DNA of 64,000 nt. It comes from Octopus vulgaris (taxonomy: Eukaryota). Location: positions 77,748,001 through 77,812,000 of the forward strand of contig OX597820.1 in the NCBI GenBank assembly GCA_951406725.2, given 5' to 3'. Shown one piece after another: positions 44,379 to 58,184 of the stretch (position 1 is its first letter; the number at the start of each line of letters is the position of its first letter). The translations under genes and the position numbers were made by a program. Under the pieces are notes generated by a model, which was not told the DNA's origin, made no database searches, and was given only the letters and a program-made list of their open reading frames with translations.

Positions 44379-45229
44379 TATATAGTACAATTCTTGTCAA
44401 ATATGTACTCTCAACCCTTACCTACAGACATATATGTACTCTTAGTAAAATTGGACGTTATAAATTTGGAAATATTGAATTCAGTGCTGGAGAATCCAAA
44501 TGCCTTTGAACAGTTCCCATGATTAATACTGAATATTTTTAAAATTTCGAATCTGCTGGAAATAAAATATGCACCGATTTTCTCTCAATCTAATGCTACT
44601 TCACACATTATTTTTCTTTCCTGAATCTTTTTTCACCTGACTAATGTTGAATAGAATAATTAAAATAGAAAGCAATTACTTGGCTTGCCTCGAAAAATGT
44701 TTAATTACCCGAAGAGTAACATACATTGTTTTTTTTTTAATCTATAAAATAAATTAATCATTATTCCTAGCGTCTTCATTTATAATTTTAGGGTTGATTA
44801 CATAATTCGAAGCAGCAAATAATTTTTCCACTTCATGCTTGAAAAAGGAAATACTTGCAAATGGTTTTAGCATGGGACAATTTCTTTTCGCTCTTACCGG
44901 AAGGCTTACTCTAACTCTTCCAGTGCTTACCTTGTTTAATTGCATTCAGTTAAAATTTGGCACATCAAAGTCTCTCATGTAACGGACAAAAGCAGCTGGC
45001 CTAAAATAGAAACAACGCTCCGGGCAAATTCACTTTGACACCGAGTTTCGATTCACTGTTGAAGCCACATTAAATCTTTCTAATCTCTTTGTGGTATTTC
45101 TTTCCATTTCCTTCTCAAAGTAAATCTGTCGCCTTCTTATCTTGGAGAACAAATCGATAATCTCAGTGAAATAAGAGATTGGTTAAGTCGGTGTAATTTT
45201 CAGCTGATCGATACACTTATAACATTTAC

Positions 45230-45356
<127 letters not shown>

Positions 45357-45384
45357 CGTGTGTGTGTGTGTATCATGTGCGTGG

Positions 45385-45429
<45 letters not shown>

Positions 45430-45493
45430 CTGTATGTTTATATATACATATGCATCTAAGCATATACATATAATCGCATATATTTACAAATAA

Positions 45494-45537
<44 letters not shown>

Positions 45538-45937
45538 ACGCCTACACATGTGTACACACTCACCAAAATGTGTATGTGCATGCGTGCGCGGTCGCATTCA
45601 AATATATTGCGTCACATACACAGTATGATGAGTCGAAAATCTTCGATTATTTGAAATTGCAATTAAAGAAAAGTACCCGCAAGGATTCTGAAGATAATAG
45701 AAATAACAAGCAAGACGTTAACTTCTATTCTACCATCTAATACTATTTTTGTTAATAAAACCCGTTGTTGCAAGCAAAACATTGTCTTTCGATATTTCAG
45801 CAGCAGAGTATATTCACCTCATTTGGTAAGACAGACAAATGCCCAGTGCATCGAGTAATATGTAGTAGTGACACTGATTCTTCAATATAAATAATAAAAG
45901 CGAAATAAATTAATCCTGGTGTGCGTTCTTTATAAAG

Positions 45938-46202
45938 GATAAAGGCCTCCTTCGGTCATGAATGACCTTGAGATTGCACAAGGCGCAAGTCCGGGAAAGA
46001 TTGCTCATGGAAGACTTGTAGTGTTCCATGTATACTAGCCTCCCATCTACACGTCACTGATGTTATCCTAGGGAAAGGCAGAGGCCGATACATCTTGACA
46101 CAATTGAATAGCAACTCATTTCTACAGCTGAGTAAAGTGGAGTAACATGAAATAAAGTGCCTTGCTGAAGAACACAAAACACAGCTCAGTCCAGGAATCG
46201 AT
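45938..46202 (-). mobile_element. SINE family D (V/CORE-like body), head truncated
   Basis: Minus strand reads GTGTTCTTCAGCAAGGCACTTTATTTCATGTTACTCCACTTTACTCAGCTG after a B-box remnant (CGATTCCTGG). Confidence 0.7.
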
Positions 46203-48087
46203 TGTGACGTTCCAACCAAGCCCGACGTTCTAACAAAGCTCGACGTCCTGAGCCAAGCCCAACGTTCGCAGTCAAGTCTTACTTACATAATCTGGTGAAC
46301 TGAATGTTATTTATTGTTTTTAATTGTAAGAGTAGTTTCGTATCTTCCTTGTAAGTATGGTTTTGTATTAAGTGTATTAGTATAATGCTGTAATAACAAT
46401 AATAGAATGTCTACCGCTTATGTTGAAACCGGAATTACGTTAAAATAGTAATTCAATATTTGATTTCCTTTCAGTTGTTATTATACGACACAAAAGAGAA
46501 TGAGTGCAATCATTATTATGCACAGATGTTAAATACATTTGTTTGTATATTTTCTTACAAGTCTGTTTGTGGCATCACTCATTGTGCTGTGACTAATGTT
46601 TAATTACAACCTTCCACTATTTTGTGTATCAATTGTATATCCAGTACTTATTTACGTCGATGCTTATTTTCTTGATCTCGTGGTCATAACTCCGAATCCC
46701 GTGGTTTAAAATGGCGTAAGATGAACATGTTTAGTTGTCGATGTTCATTAGTGTCTATTATTGTCAGGTAACCCGCTCAAAGTATTTTCAAGAAATCTTT
46801 CTACTATTATTATCGTGTGAGGTTTTTGAAACGTTTATGTTAAAAACAGTTTCCAATTGGTTTACTGTAGATGACAAATTTGAACAGCGATCCGATGCTG
46901 GATTTTACACGACAAATGGCGAACTTGATACTCTAACATCCTTCAGATTGTTTAGCAAATATTAACTTTGTGTCCTGTTTGTCATTTTTTTCATAATTAA
47001 CATGTGCCATTAACAGTCAGTCAACAGTTACTTCGATTTGATGCACATTTATAATCAGTAGGAAACGCTAGCAAACGTGAAAAAAAAAACGTCCTCTCCA
47101 ATGTGACTAGAATCTGTTATGGGATATACATAAGGAAAATATGAAAAGATATATTACAGGTAACTCCTTCTCAACATAACAAAGTAGCAATCGTTGTAAA
47201 AAGAAATCCATACCTGTCTGATCTAAGCTCAATGAAAATAAAGCTGAAAAGTTGTTCCTTGGTTTTTAAGACCTTTTGAGACAAGCAATTTGAAATGTGA
47301 TAAATATGAATGTTCTGAAGAAATGTTCGAAAGAGGAGGATATACGGAAATACTCGTGTATTTTCTTTTGACTGAGAGGTGCGGGTCGGAAATATTCGGA
47401 TAAGATATATATACCAGTTTTGAGTTAGAGGCAGCTCTCTATAATTTAAATAGTATCGATACCATATGCATAATATCTGTGTATTTTAAAGGTTTTTTTA
47501 GGTTGCGGTGTTTCTAAGGAAAGTCATTTTAAAGACATAGAGTATTTTAATACACGATATCTTTCAAATCAAAGCGAAACGAATCACGCAAGAGGTGAAA
47601 AAGAACGACAACTTATCGGTGCTGTGTACTCAATTGGTACTCGAGATGAATTCAAATCGCTAGCGTAATAACGAATTCGAATCGCAAAACAAAAATATCA
47701 CTGCTTAAAAGCTTTAACAAAGTACATACATTAAGAATTAGAGAGCGAGTTTGTTGCACGTCTATATAAGAGACATGTTGCACGTTGTTATTAACAAAAC
47801 ATACCGTGGTTTCATCCATTTATAAGCGGGTGTAACTGGTATTTTAATGTAATTTTGAAATGATTTTGATTGGTATTATTTTCATGCGGATTACATAGCT
47901 AACGTGGTCAGTCGTTTGTTGCATGACTTTTATAATGTTACTCTCATCATTCATATGCAATTAATCGCTGGAGGTTACGTAACTTTATAGAGACGTTTTA
48001 CAAGTTTAGATTATGATCTGTATATAATTACATGAACGACTGTTATCTAACTAGAATTTTGGATATTATAATTAAAGAGAAGAGAAT

Positions 48088-48149
<62 letters not shown>

Positions 48150-48196
48150 TGTGTGTGTGTGTGTCTGTGTGTGTGAGTGTATATTTGTGTATGCTA

Positions 48197-48227
<31 letters not shown>

Positions 48228-48259
48228 TATATATATATATATATCTATGTATATGCATA

Positions 48260-48318
<59 letters not shown>

Positions 48319-48974
48319 AGTTATACGTTGAAAGGAGTATACAGATTGTGATATATAATTAGGCCTAACACATTTTCAAATATTCCAAACGAAATTAATG
48401 CTACTCAAGTGAATGCTATTAATTTGAACTATATAATATGTGATATATCACTGTAAATGTGAATTTTTGTTTGCTTTTATTTATTTTTTCGTTCTTTTCT
48501 TCTTTAATGCAATCCTCTCTCAGGAAACCAACTAAACATACTCTTATAATATAATACATATATTTCGATCTATACAATATTCAAACTAACTTTGCAATAT
48601 TGTGCTTGGAGGAATAGCTTTCAATTTGCATTTGATTTAAATACGACATTGATTTAAATGCAAACTTCTTCGAATTACCATACATTATTACAGGAACTCA
48701 ACACAAATAAATTACACATGCTATATAAAATATCTGTCAGATGGTAGTACTTCACAAAACATATTCTCATATGTTGGAAATATATCGTTTAGTTACGCAG
48801 AAAATCGTTTTGACATGTTGTCTGTATTAGTATGAAACAGATGCAGTTGTGTATCATGCTTGGTGCTGCATCATTTTAAGTATTATTGCCGTTAAATGTC
48901 TTAAATAAAATGTAAAATTCTAGACTTGAAAGAAAATGGTGGCCGACTGCGACAACAGACGACGTTTCTTGTAA

Positions 48975-49138
48975 TAGGCGCAGGATTGGCTGTGTGGAAA
49001 GTAGCTTGCTTACCAGCCACATGGTTTCGGGTTCAGTCCCACTGCGTGGCACCTTGGGCAAGTTTCTTCTACTATAGCCTCGGGCCGACCAAAGCCGTGT
49101 CAGTGGATTTGGTAGGTGGAAACTGAAAGAAGCCCGTC

Positions 49139-49184
<46 letters not shown>

Positions 49185-49390
49185 CTGTTTGTGTGTCTGT
49201 GTTTGTCTTACTACCATCGCTTGACAACCGATGCTGGTGTGTTTACGTCCCCGTAACGTAGCTTTTCGTTAATAGAGACGCTAGAATAAGTACTGGGCTA
49301 ACAAAGAATAAGTCCTGAGGTCGATTTGTTCGACTAAAGGACGTGATCCAGCATGGCCGCAGTCAAATGATTGAAACAAATTCAAGAGTA
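48975..49390 (+). mobile_element. SINE family A (well preserved)
   Basis: GGCGCAGGA...GGTTCAGTCCCACTGCGTGGCACCTTGGGCAAGT...(TA)n(TG)n...CCAGCATGGCCGCAGTCAAATGATTGAAAC. Confidence 0.92.
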
Positions 49391-50122
49391 ATAATTATAA
49401 AATGTTTCAAATTTGAATTCTACTTGAAGGAGAATGGCCTAGCATTTGGCGCACAGTCATTAATCGCAGAAATCATCTTTGCCTTATTGGTTTATTTTAT
49501 TCATGGAAGCAACACACGTTTAGGGGTGTCAAATCTTCTAATCATTGCCTATTCTTTAGACAATGCATTTGACATGTAGAATTTGAGAATCTCATAAGGA
49601 AACATGCAAGTTATCCACAAAATTTGTTGGTCAAATTCGCACCATAAGGAAGCGGACAGGTGAACAAACATAGCGAGCCCTGGGCAAATAAGGTCCAAAA
49701 TGCGTAGTGAAATTTGAAACCAGACAAAAATAAAATCGTTGGAGAATGTGCGGGAGAGGTGTACCGGGTGTCAGAAGTGGATATAAATCAGGGTGAAATA
49801 TAAGTGATAGTTGGAATTAACAGAAGGTATATAAATATCTATTGAGCAGCAGCATCAGGGATTAAACGATTTGATAAATAATGTATTTATTACCATATGT
49901 ACATTATGACGTAATCGGGAGCTCATACACTAACATATATATATATATATATATATATGACGGGCTTTTTGATTTTTGATTTTTGATTTTGATTTTGACT
50001 CTTGAGCGCTACGACGGATTTATAGCAAAGTCTTATGTTTCTACATATATATTAGGAAATATATATATATATATATATATAGATGAGAAAGTTGGTTTGT
50101 GAAAGAACGTGGTTGAATATAT

Positions 50123-50359
50123 AGAAAATAGTAAAAAGTGAAAAAACTACAGAAGGCTTGTTTTAAAAGGTTAAAAAATATATATTTGAGTCAATATGTC
50201 TGAAGAATGTTATAAAATTTTTTTCTTACAATGACATAGTTTAGAAGAAATGTCATTGTAAGAAAAAATTTGTAACATTCTTCAGACATATTGACTCAAA
50301 TATATATTTTTTAACCTTTTAAAACAAGCCTTCTGTAGTTTTTTCACTTTTTACTATTT

Positions 50360-50362
<3 letters not shown>
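50123..50362. repeat. Long inverted repeat (~114-bp arms, 12-bp spacer)
   Basis: 50123-50237 versus 50250-50362 is a near-perfect reverse complement, set between (TA)n/(CT)n tracts. Confidence 0.92.
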
Positions 50363-50405
<43 letters not shown>

Positions 50406-52592
50406 CATACATTCACATGGTCGTGCGCATGCACAGATACACATGGATGTATGCACACATGCACGTGTAAACATATGTATATACGTACAAATATTAATAC
50501 AAACCTTCTCCGCAGGGCCGCTTCCACATAATTTTTTTGAGAAAATGTTGATATTCACACTGGAACAATTATTTGCATTTTTATTCTGAACGTGTCTCGC
50601 GACAGGTTCAGACGTAAAATATGCTAACTACTGTCGAGTATGTCACAGGAGAATAACTTCTCACTTTTACAACAGTGTGTTGGACACATTGCAGTCTTCT
50701 TATGAGGGGTTTCAGTCGAAAATGTGAGATATCTCTATAAATAAATGTTCAATCAATATTGACTCTTTATCCCTTTATAAAACCTACATTGAATACTACC
50801 TGAAGAAGATAATATTCATAAGCGATTTTTTTCCAGGGTAAACTGCAGTGAAATTGCATGTAGAAGTTGAAATTTGTCACAAACGTATTTCAACTGAAAT
50901 AAAGTTTGTGTATTTTCAAACACTGCTTTGCGTTAATGTATATGTATTTGATCAAAGTGTGCAGTCTACTAGCGAATACCAATAACTGATACATACTTAT
51001 TTATATTAAACTAATGCTTTCTCTCAGCTCATCGTTGCCTCTCGTTAGTATCTACCGCTAAAGTCGGCAAAAGAGCCAGAAATTCACATTTAGCAGTCCA
51101 CAGAAGGCGCTTTGAGCTGGTACTATTAAGTGAGACATGACTTGGGTCAATGTTTGGTCAAAACTTATCTGAGTTATCTAAGTTTATACTTTTTCTACCT
51201 CAAGCGAAAGTATTTTTCTTCACAGTAAACCGCAGTGAAATTGCCTTTAAAAGTTTAAATATGTCCCACATATATTTATCTAAAGTTTGATTCTTTCCCA
51301 TCAATATCTCGGGCTACTATTTCTTTGCATCAGAGTCAAATATGGGAAGTAACGAAGAATTTCCACAAGTCACACTATCGAAAAATTCGATAAATGTGAA
51401 ATGAGCTGATTTGAGATTTTAACTGGATAAACACGCTGTTATAAAACAAATGACCGTACATTTTCAATACTAGTTTATATTTATGGCAAAAGTATCAATT
51501 ATTAAACCGAAAGACCCTTACGTTTTCTTGATTTTCTCATCATTTTCTGCGGGTATCATAAGTTTTTCACTTATTGCCATTCAATTAGCTTATGCGATGC
51601 TAACAATCAATCATCCATAGCAATAAACGTCACAAAGCATACACGGTGCGTAATTTGTTTTAAAACTGCTGAAGTGCCCCACAGCAGTTGAATTCCTTCC
51701 TGAACTCTATCTTTCTCCCAATTAATCTTTTTATTTAACACAGTATTTTCTATAAAGAAAAAAAAGTGTTAAAATGCCAAGTTTATTTCTCGACATTTTA
51801 CGACTACTTTCTTTTGAGTGCCACCTACGCTGTTGCTTTTACGTCAGTCGCCTGATTACCATCAACCGTTGGAAAATTTTCTCTCATGTGCATAATAAAA
51901 CCAGCAATTTCAGTAGCTTTTAAATGTATTGAGTATTCAAGTTGCGAATTTTTTCCTTGATCTAACAGATGTAATATTACAGTGCAATTTAACGAAGCTC
52001 TTCAAAAGGAATATAATGTTAATAACCCACTTTGCTGCGTGCACAGGTTTGGAAGCAAGTGTTCGTTTATCTTTTACGCATGTTTATACAGTTCAGTTAA
52101 CCAGAGAGCAAATAGCGCTCTGGCCATCCAAGCATTTTTATATGCATCACAGTTAACTGGAAATTGCTTTACATTTTTGAAGCAAAACGGATTTTTTTGA
52201 TCGTCTAATGACAGAGGGTCGTTTGCTGAAGTCACTTTTACTTGTATGTGTGTGGTGAGGTAAATATTTTGTAAAAAAAAAAAAACATTATTAAAAAAAA
52301 GCAGTCTCATCTGCATCAAAGTGGTCCCTTATTTCTCCTTCTTTTCGCTGAGCATATCTGAACTGGAACGTCATATGTTTCATCATAGATTATCTGGGTT
52401 GTTAGTCGCATCGATCATAAAATAAATTCAGACATCAACACTGGCCTAATCATCAGCTTAACTCCAAAGCTTTACACTAGCTTAATCTTTCTCCTGTACA
52501 TACACTCTTTCTCCGTTACATACACTCAAGAGCTGTGTGCGTGGGTTGGTTACATTGAAACTTTAAATTAAGTAATAATGTGAATATCAATA

Positions 52593-52638
<46 letters not shown>

Positions 52639-52745
52639 TATGCATATATAATGAACAGGTATGAGAGAGTTGAAGTCATAGAAATGCTCATTATTCCATT
52701 AGTTTAGAGCTGTATCATAATCATATTATATATATAATAGACATA

Positions 52746-53142
52746 GGGCGGCGAGCTGTTAGAAACTTTAGCACGCCGGGGGAAATGCCTAGCAGTATTT
52801 CGTGTCACTTTACGTTCTGGGTTCAAATTCCGCCGGGGTCGACTTTTCCCTTTAATCCTTTCGGGGTCGATTAAATAAGTACCAGGTATGCACTGGGGTC
52901 GATATAATCGAATTAATCCGTTTGTCTGTCCTTGTTTGTCTGTCCTTGTTTGTCTTCTCTGTGTTTAGCCCCTTGTGGGTAGTAAACAAATAGGTATTTC
53001 GTTTGTCTTTATATTCTCAGTTCAAATTCTGCCGAGGTCGAATTTGCCTTTAGAGGGTCAATAAATTAAGTACCAGCTGCATACTGGAGTCGATCTAATC
53101 TACTGCCCCCTCCCCCAAAACTTCGGCCCTCGTGCTTAGAAA
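52746..53142 (+). mobile_element. SINE family B, dimeric form
   Basis: GGCGGCGAGCTG head, two GTTCAAATTC.GCCG.GGTCGA units separated by the GCCCCTTGTGGGTAGTAAA linker, CCCCCTCCCCC tail. Confidence 0.9.
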
Positions 53143-54778
53143 ATGTGTATATAATAGACATTGTATCACCATCCACATGTATATAAAATACGCATATAAA
53201 TGTATAAGCAGCCCATATGTGCGTGTGTGTCTGTGTGTATGTGTGTGTCTGTGTGTATGTGCATGTGTGTGCGTGTTGTGTGCTGAATTTAACTAACAGG
53301 CTCATCTTCAGCAGGCTTCATGATGGTTCGAAAAATCAACTCTCCTACAGATAACAAGCAGTCTCAATAGATATTGCAGGTAATAGAAGTATTCGGTAGT
53401 TTACCATACGTATAAGCCATGGCCGTAGTCCGTAATTACAAACAAAACAAGAAAACAGAGAAAGAAGCGGCAGACGAATACAATGAAATCGAAAATTTAA
53501 AAATAAATTGCCAAAATACATCAGAAAAGGAAATGTAAAATAAGAGAAATAGATTTATCAAAGAACTGCCTTTTGAAAAAAAAGATACGCCCACTAAAAT
53601 AGATTTCATTTCGAAAGAATGTTCGAAGTTCCCATATATTTTAAATGAATAATACATTTTAAGAAAGGAAACAAGATGGATAGAACAAATAAATAAAACA
53701 AATAAATAAATAGAATGGAAAGTATGATTAAAACGAGAAGAAAATAAGCTTTCCAAATTAAATAGGAGGGCATAAACTGTTGGAATTATATGCATCCTCT
53801 GTTTTGAAGGTTAGAATTCCTATTTCAACTCCATTGGCACGTTACAAACATACGTTCATTAGTTGGGTGTACTCTGATGCCGTGTCAATTATATGAATAT
53901 TCACAATAATATGAATATTTGCAAGCAGAATGACAGGCAAATATATATTGATACAAATACACGCGCCCACACAAGCATTAATTCTAACAGAAAATACTAA
54001 TGTCAAAGCGGCAATTTGATAGCAGAACAATAATTAGTTTAATTGACCAAACAGATTATAATATAATTTACGTGTGTCGATACATAGATGTCCGTACCCA
54101 CGTATAATATGGACGACATTCAGCCAAATACTTTCATACAATGAGTCATATTTTATCAAACTATGACGCTGACAGTCGTGGGAGCAATTTGTTTTTGTTT
54201 TACTATTTTTATGTGGAATGTAAATAGAAACAATAAGCGAAAGGTGAAGAAATATATCAAGTTAGATAAATAATAAAATTAATAAAGTTAAGTAAAATTC
54301 CGGGAAATATAGAACTACAAGTCATTCCAAGGGGGCTACATTTTAGAGTTAAGTATTAGTAATAGTAATATATATATATAGAATAAGTAATATATAAATA
54401 TATGCATATATACATATATGTACATACCTGCATAAATATGTATATATGCATGCATATATGGGTACAGGACATCAAAAGAACGTAGACAAAATAAGAATCG
54501 AGAATATAAAAAAAAACAAGAACATAGAAAACAATCATTTTTCGAACAACGAAAGAAACAAGCAGACAAATAAATGAGACAGGCAACATAAAGAACATTC
54601 CCTTCATCAGTTGTCCCCTGTTTTACGTACCCCGTATATCGAAGGCAGGATCAAGAAGCAACTTCCTTAAAATCCTTCCCGCAAAGCAAATGAAATAAAA
54701 TTTGGGATATTTTGCGGAGGGTGAAAACACACACATACGCACATGCACGCACACAAACACACACACACAGGCACGCAC

Positions 54779-54816
<38 letters not shown>

Positions 54817-55667
54817 CTGTGCATCGTTAACTAGCGAGAGGAGATGTTCTATTGGTGTTCAAATATCGCAGTAAAGTCAGTTCGAACGGATAACCATGTC
54901 ACAGAACGGATAGCCACGTCACAGAAAGTAAACAACCCGAAATACGAAATACGAAAACGTGGAATGCGAACCTTTTTGGCGAACAACGAAAAAAATATAT
55001 GGAAAACAACGACCCTTCATCAGTCGTCAGCTGTTTTTCTACACCGTATTTCGAGCAATTAACGACAAGATACCATTTCGACAAAACAGTTGCTCCCGCA
55101 AAGTAAGTAACATAAATTTGGGGTTTTGCGGAGATCAAAGTCGGTCGCAAAAACAGGGCAGTGAAAACAAAAAGAAAGAGCTACTGAGCCTAAACGAGGT
55201 GAGGTGGCGAACGCTGGAGGAACGAGCTTTGGCAGGACAAGAACGCGTCTCATCCTTGCAGCTGACCAGAAAGAAAAAAGAAACTGAAGTTAAGAAAATA
55301 AAGAAGGCAGATGGTCACGAGCGAGCAAAGAAAGAGCAAAGGAGGATGAGTGACGGTGGGAGAGGTACAGACAGAGAAGGGCGAAGGGAGGAGGAAAAGA
55401 AAGGAAAGGATGAGAGAGAAAACCGAAAAGAGGAGAAGGGGAGATAAAAAGAATTGGAGAGAGGAAGAGAGAAGAAACGAAAGCGGAAAGTGAAAGGGAA
55501 AGAAAAAATAGAGAGGTAAAAATAGAACAATAAGAGTGACATCGAAATTATTATGATGATCGCCACGCATCCATTTCCAAGTAAGTTTTATCTTTACGTT
55601 GCGTGTCTTGTTTTCCATTTGTTTCTTTCGTTGTTCGAAAAAAAAAGTCATACATATATGTATATGC

Positions 55668-55771
<104 letters not shown>

Positions 55772-55786
55772 CATATATATATATAT

Positions 55787-55857
<71 letters not shown>

Positions 55858-55861
<4 letters not shown>

Positions 55862-56269
55862 CCTAATAGAATAAGGTTCATGTCGGGGAACTCCAAGATC
55901 AGAAATGCCGTTTACCAATGCAAGGTTTACACGGACTCAGATGTCTACTCATATGTCGGGGCCTCATCGTCAAAATTGGCCTTACGAATCTCCAACCATT
56001 ACGCAACTTTTCGCGACGTGAATAAATACCAAGCCACGGGACTTAGCAAGCTAATATGGCGATTGAAGAATACGAACTCAAGCTACAGGCTGGAATGGTC
56101 AATTTTGTCGGTGGCCCTCCCATTTGATAGGGGCAGAAGGAAGTGCAACCTTTGTGTCTCTGAGCTTTTCCATATATTGTTCGCCAGATACCGGATGGTA
56201 AACGGACTTTTACAGTCGGCTTTTCGATGCCCCCATTGGCGGCGTTATACTTATCTTGCTTATAAATGA
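55858..56269 (+). pseudogene. Penelope-like element GIY-YIG endonuclease, C-terminal fragment (5' truncated at a (TA)n tract)
   Basis: NAVYQCKV...YVG...RISNH..TF....[12 protein letters not shown]....EWSIL...CNLC.SE...N...CPH, with no internal stop. Confidence 0.9.
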
Positions 56270-56444
56270 CGCTTATAAATGATACCTGCACTCGGTTACC
56301 CTACTTATATGAAAATAGCCCTTGGAAATAATTTTTTGAAAAAGCTTTTTAAGAGAGATAAGATTAACCCTTGCAAGGGGAATTACTCCCATTAGGCGAA
56401 TGGTGTTTTGTTTTGACGACGTGAGGTTTTTTTTGACAAAGCAT

Positions 56445-56642
56445 GATTAGACGAACACACGAACACGTAAAATATTTTCTGCCGCCTGACGGATTTTTCA
56501 GCAGTGACCATTGTGTAGCGCTTTTTACCAACTTACGGCCGCGCGATTAAACGAACACACGAACACATAAAATATTTTCTGCCGCCTGACGGATTTTTCA
56601 GCAGTGACCATTGTGTAGCGCTTTTTACCAACTTACGGCCGC
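56445..56642 (+). repeat. 100-bp tandem duplication in the PLE 3' region
   Basis: ACGAACACACGAACAC...CTTACGGCCGC at 56451 and 56551. Confidence 0.95.
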
Positions 56643-56947
56643 ACACATATAGAACAGTTCACACACACATGTTTCTAAGTAGATTTTGTCTCGCCCCATA
56701 TAATACACCTAATATTCTTAAAATAGTCAGAACCTTAGTCTCGGTCACAAAGAACATCTACGCACCCCGTGTTCTCACCCACCGGATTGACCGCTGCCCG
56801 ACCTGTAAATATCTTCAACGCACCCACCACCCGATTTCAACATACATTGATAAACAGTTTGGCCATGGGGTCTTAGGAGCCTCCTCGTTCGATTTGTTTT
56901 GCTGCGCCTCTGTTCTGTTTTTGTTTTGCCAACGGAATTCCTATTTC

Positions 56948-57027
56948 TTCCTGAAGAGAAAGACACAATATGATCTCCTTATTCAATCGGAATTTGGTAA
57001 ATTGTGGCTTTCGAAACACGTGTAGAA
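56948..57027 (+). ncRNA. Type I hammerhead ribozyme with canonical core in the PLE terminal repeat
   Basis: TTC-CTGAAGA-GAAAGACACAAT...ATTGTGGCTTTC-GAAAC-ACGT-GTA-GAA. AATAAA at 57031. Confidence 0.88.
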
Positions 57028-57082
57028 TGCAATAAAAGGATTTCTGTTCAATCTTCGTTCAACTCCATTTCTTCAATTCACT

Positions 57083-57144
<62 letters not shown>

Positions 57145-57287
57145 ACATAAATGTATGTGTATGTATATATTGGGGATGGCCATTTTATTTATTTTATTTG
57201 CCAAATCAACACATGCACTATATTATTTTTCTATTCACTCGTTTATTACTGTTATTTTTGTTTGTTATTATTTTGACGCCTTTCAAT

Positions 57288-57331
57288 TGTCGGAAATCTT
57301 TCGTCACACATCTGAGACCTCTTCAGTGAAA
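57288..57331 (-). ncRNA. Degenerate hammerhead-like motif
   Basis: TTTCA-CTGAAGA-G-GTC...GAC-GAAAGATTTC-CGACA. Stem I is imperfect. Confidence 0.45.
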
Positions 57332-57612
57332 CTTTTCAGTGTTCTTCCTCTACCACTCACTCCATTCTTCAGTTTTTTATGTGTTAGTACTGGCCACTGC
57401 CGGTCTTTTGTTACCTAATATACTTAACGACTTACATAAGTACTCGCCTCTGAGGCACACGGACACCTATTATGTATAAGCATGGAATTGCATAATTATG
57501 CATACATACAAACATATATATATATACACTCACACACAAACACACACACATATATATATATACATACACACATACATACATACATACATACATACATACA
57601 TACATACATACA

Positions 57613-57783
57613 TAGGCGCAGGAGTTGTGTCGTAAGTAGCTTGCTTACTAAACATATGGTTCCGGGTTTATTCCTACTGCGTGGCAACTTGGGCAAGTGT
57701 CTATTACTATAGCCTCGGGGCGACCAAAGGCTTCTGAGTGGATTTGGTATACGGAAACTGAAAGAAACCCATCATGTATATGC

Positions 57784-57815
<32 letters not shown>

Positions 57816-58025
57816 AGATATGCTTGTGTCTCTGTGTTTGTCCCCCCAACGTCGCTTGACAACCGATGGTGGTGTGTTTACGTCCCCGTAACTTAGCGGT
57901 TCGGCAAAAGACACCGATAGAATAAGCACAAGGCTTCCAGAGAATAAGTCCTAGGGTCGATTTGCTCGACTAAAGGAGGTACTCCAGCATGGCCGCAGTC
58001 AAATTACTGTAACAAGTGAAAGAGA
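57613..58025 (+). mobile_element. SINE family A
   Basis: Full head, TTGGGCAAGTG body, internal (TA)n(TG)n, CCAGCATGGCCGCAGTC tail. Confidence 0.92.
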
Positions 58026-58106
58026 TAGACAGAGAATGTTTATATAAATACATACATACATATATATATACATACAAACACACACACACGCACACACACA
58101 CGCACG

Positions 58107-58184
<78 letters not shown>

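Noticed and set aside
46203-46280. CRISPR-like array
   Set aside because: Units are contiguous with no unique spacers, the context is eukaryotic, and there are no cas genes.
50195-50240. CTGAAGA in the palindrome arms as a hammerhead core
   Set aside because: No correctly placed stem II-GAAA-stem III follows.
54959-55447. 162-aa Lys/Glu/Arg-rich ORF
   Set aside because: Arises from a GA-rich low-complexity strand within a repeat, with no domain signature.
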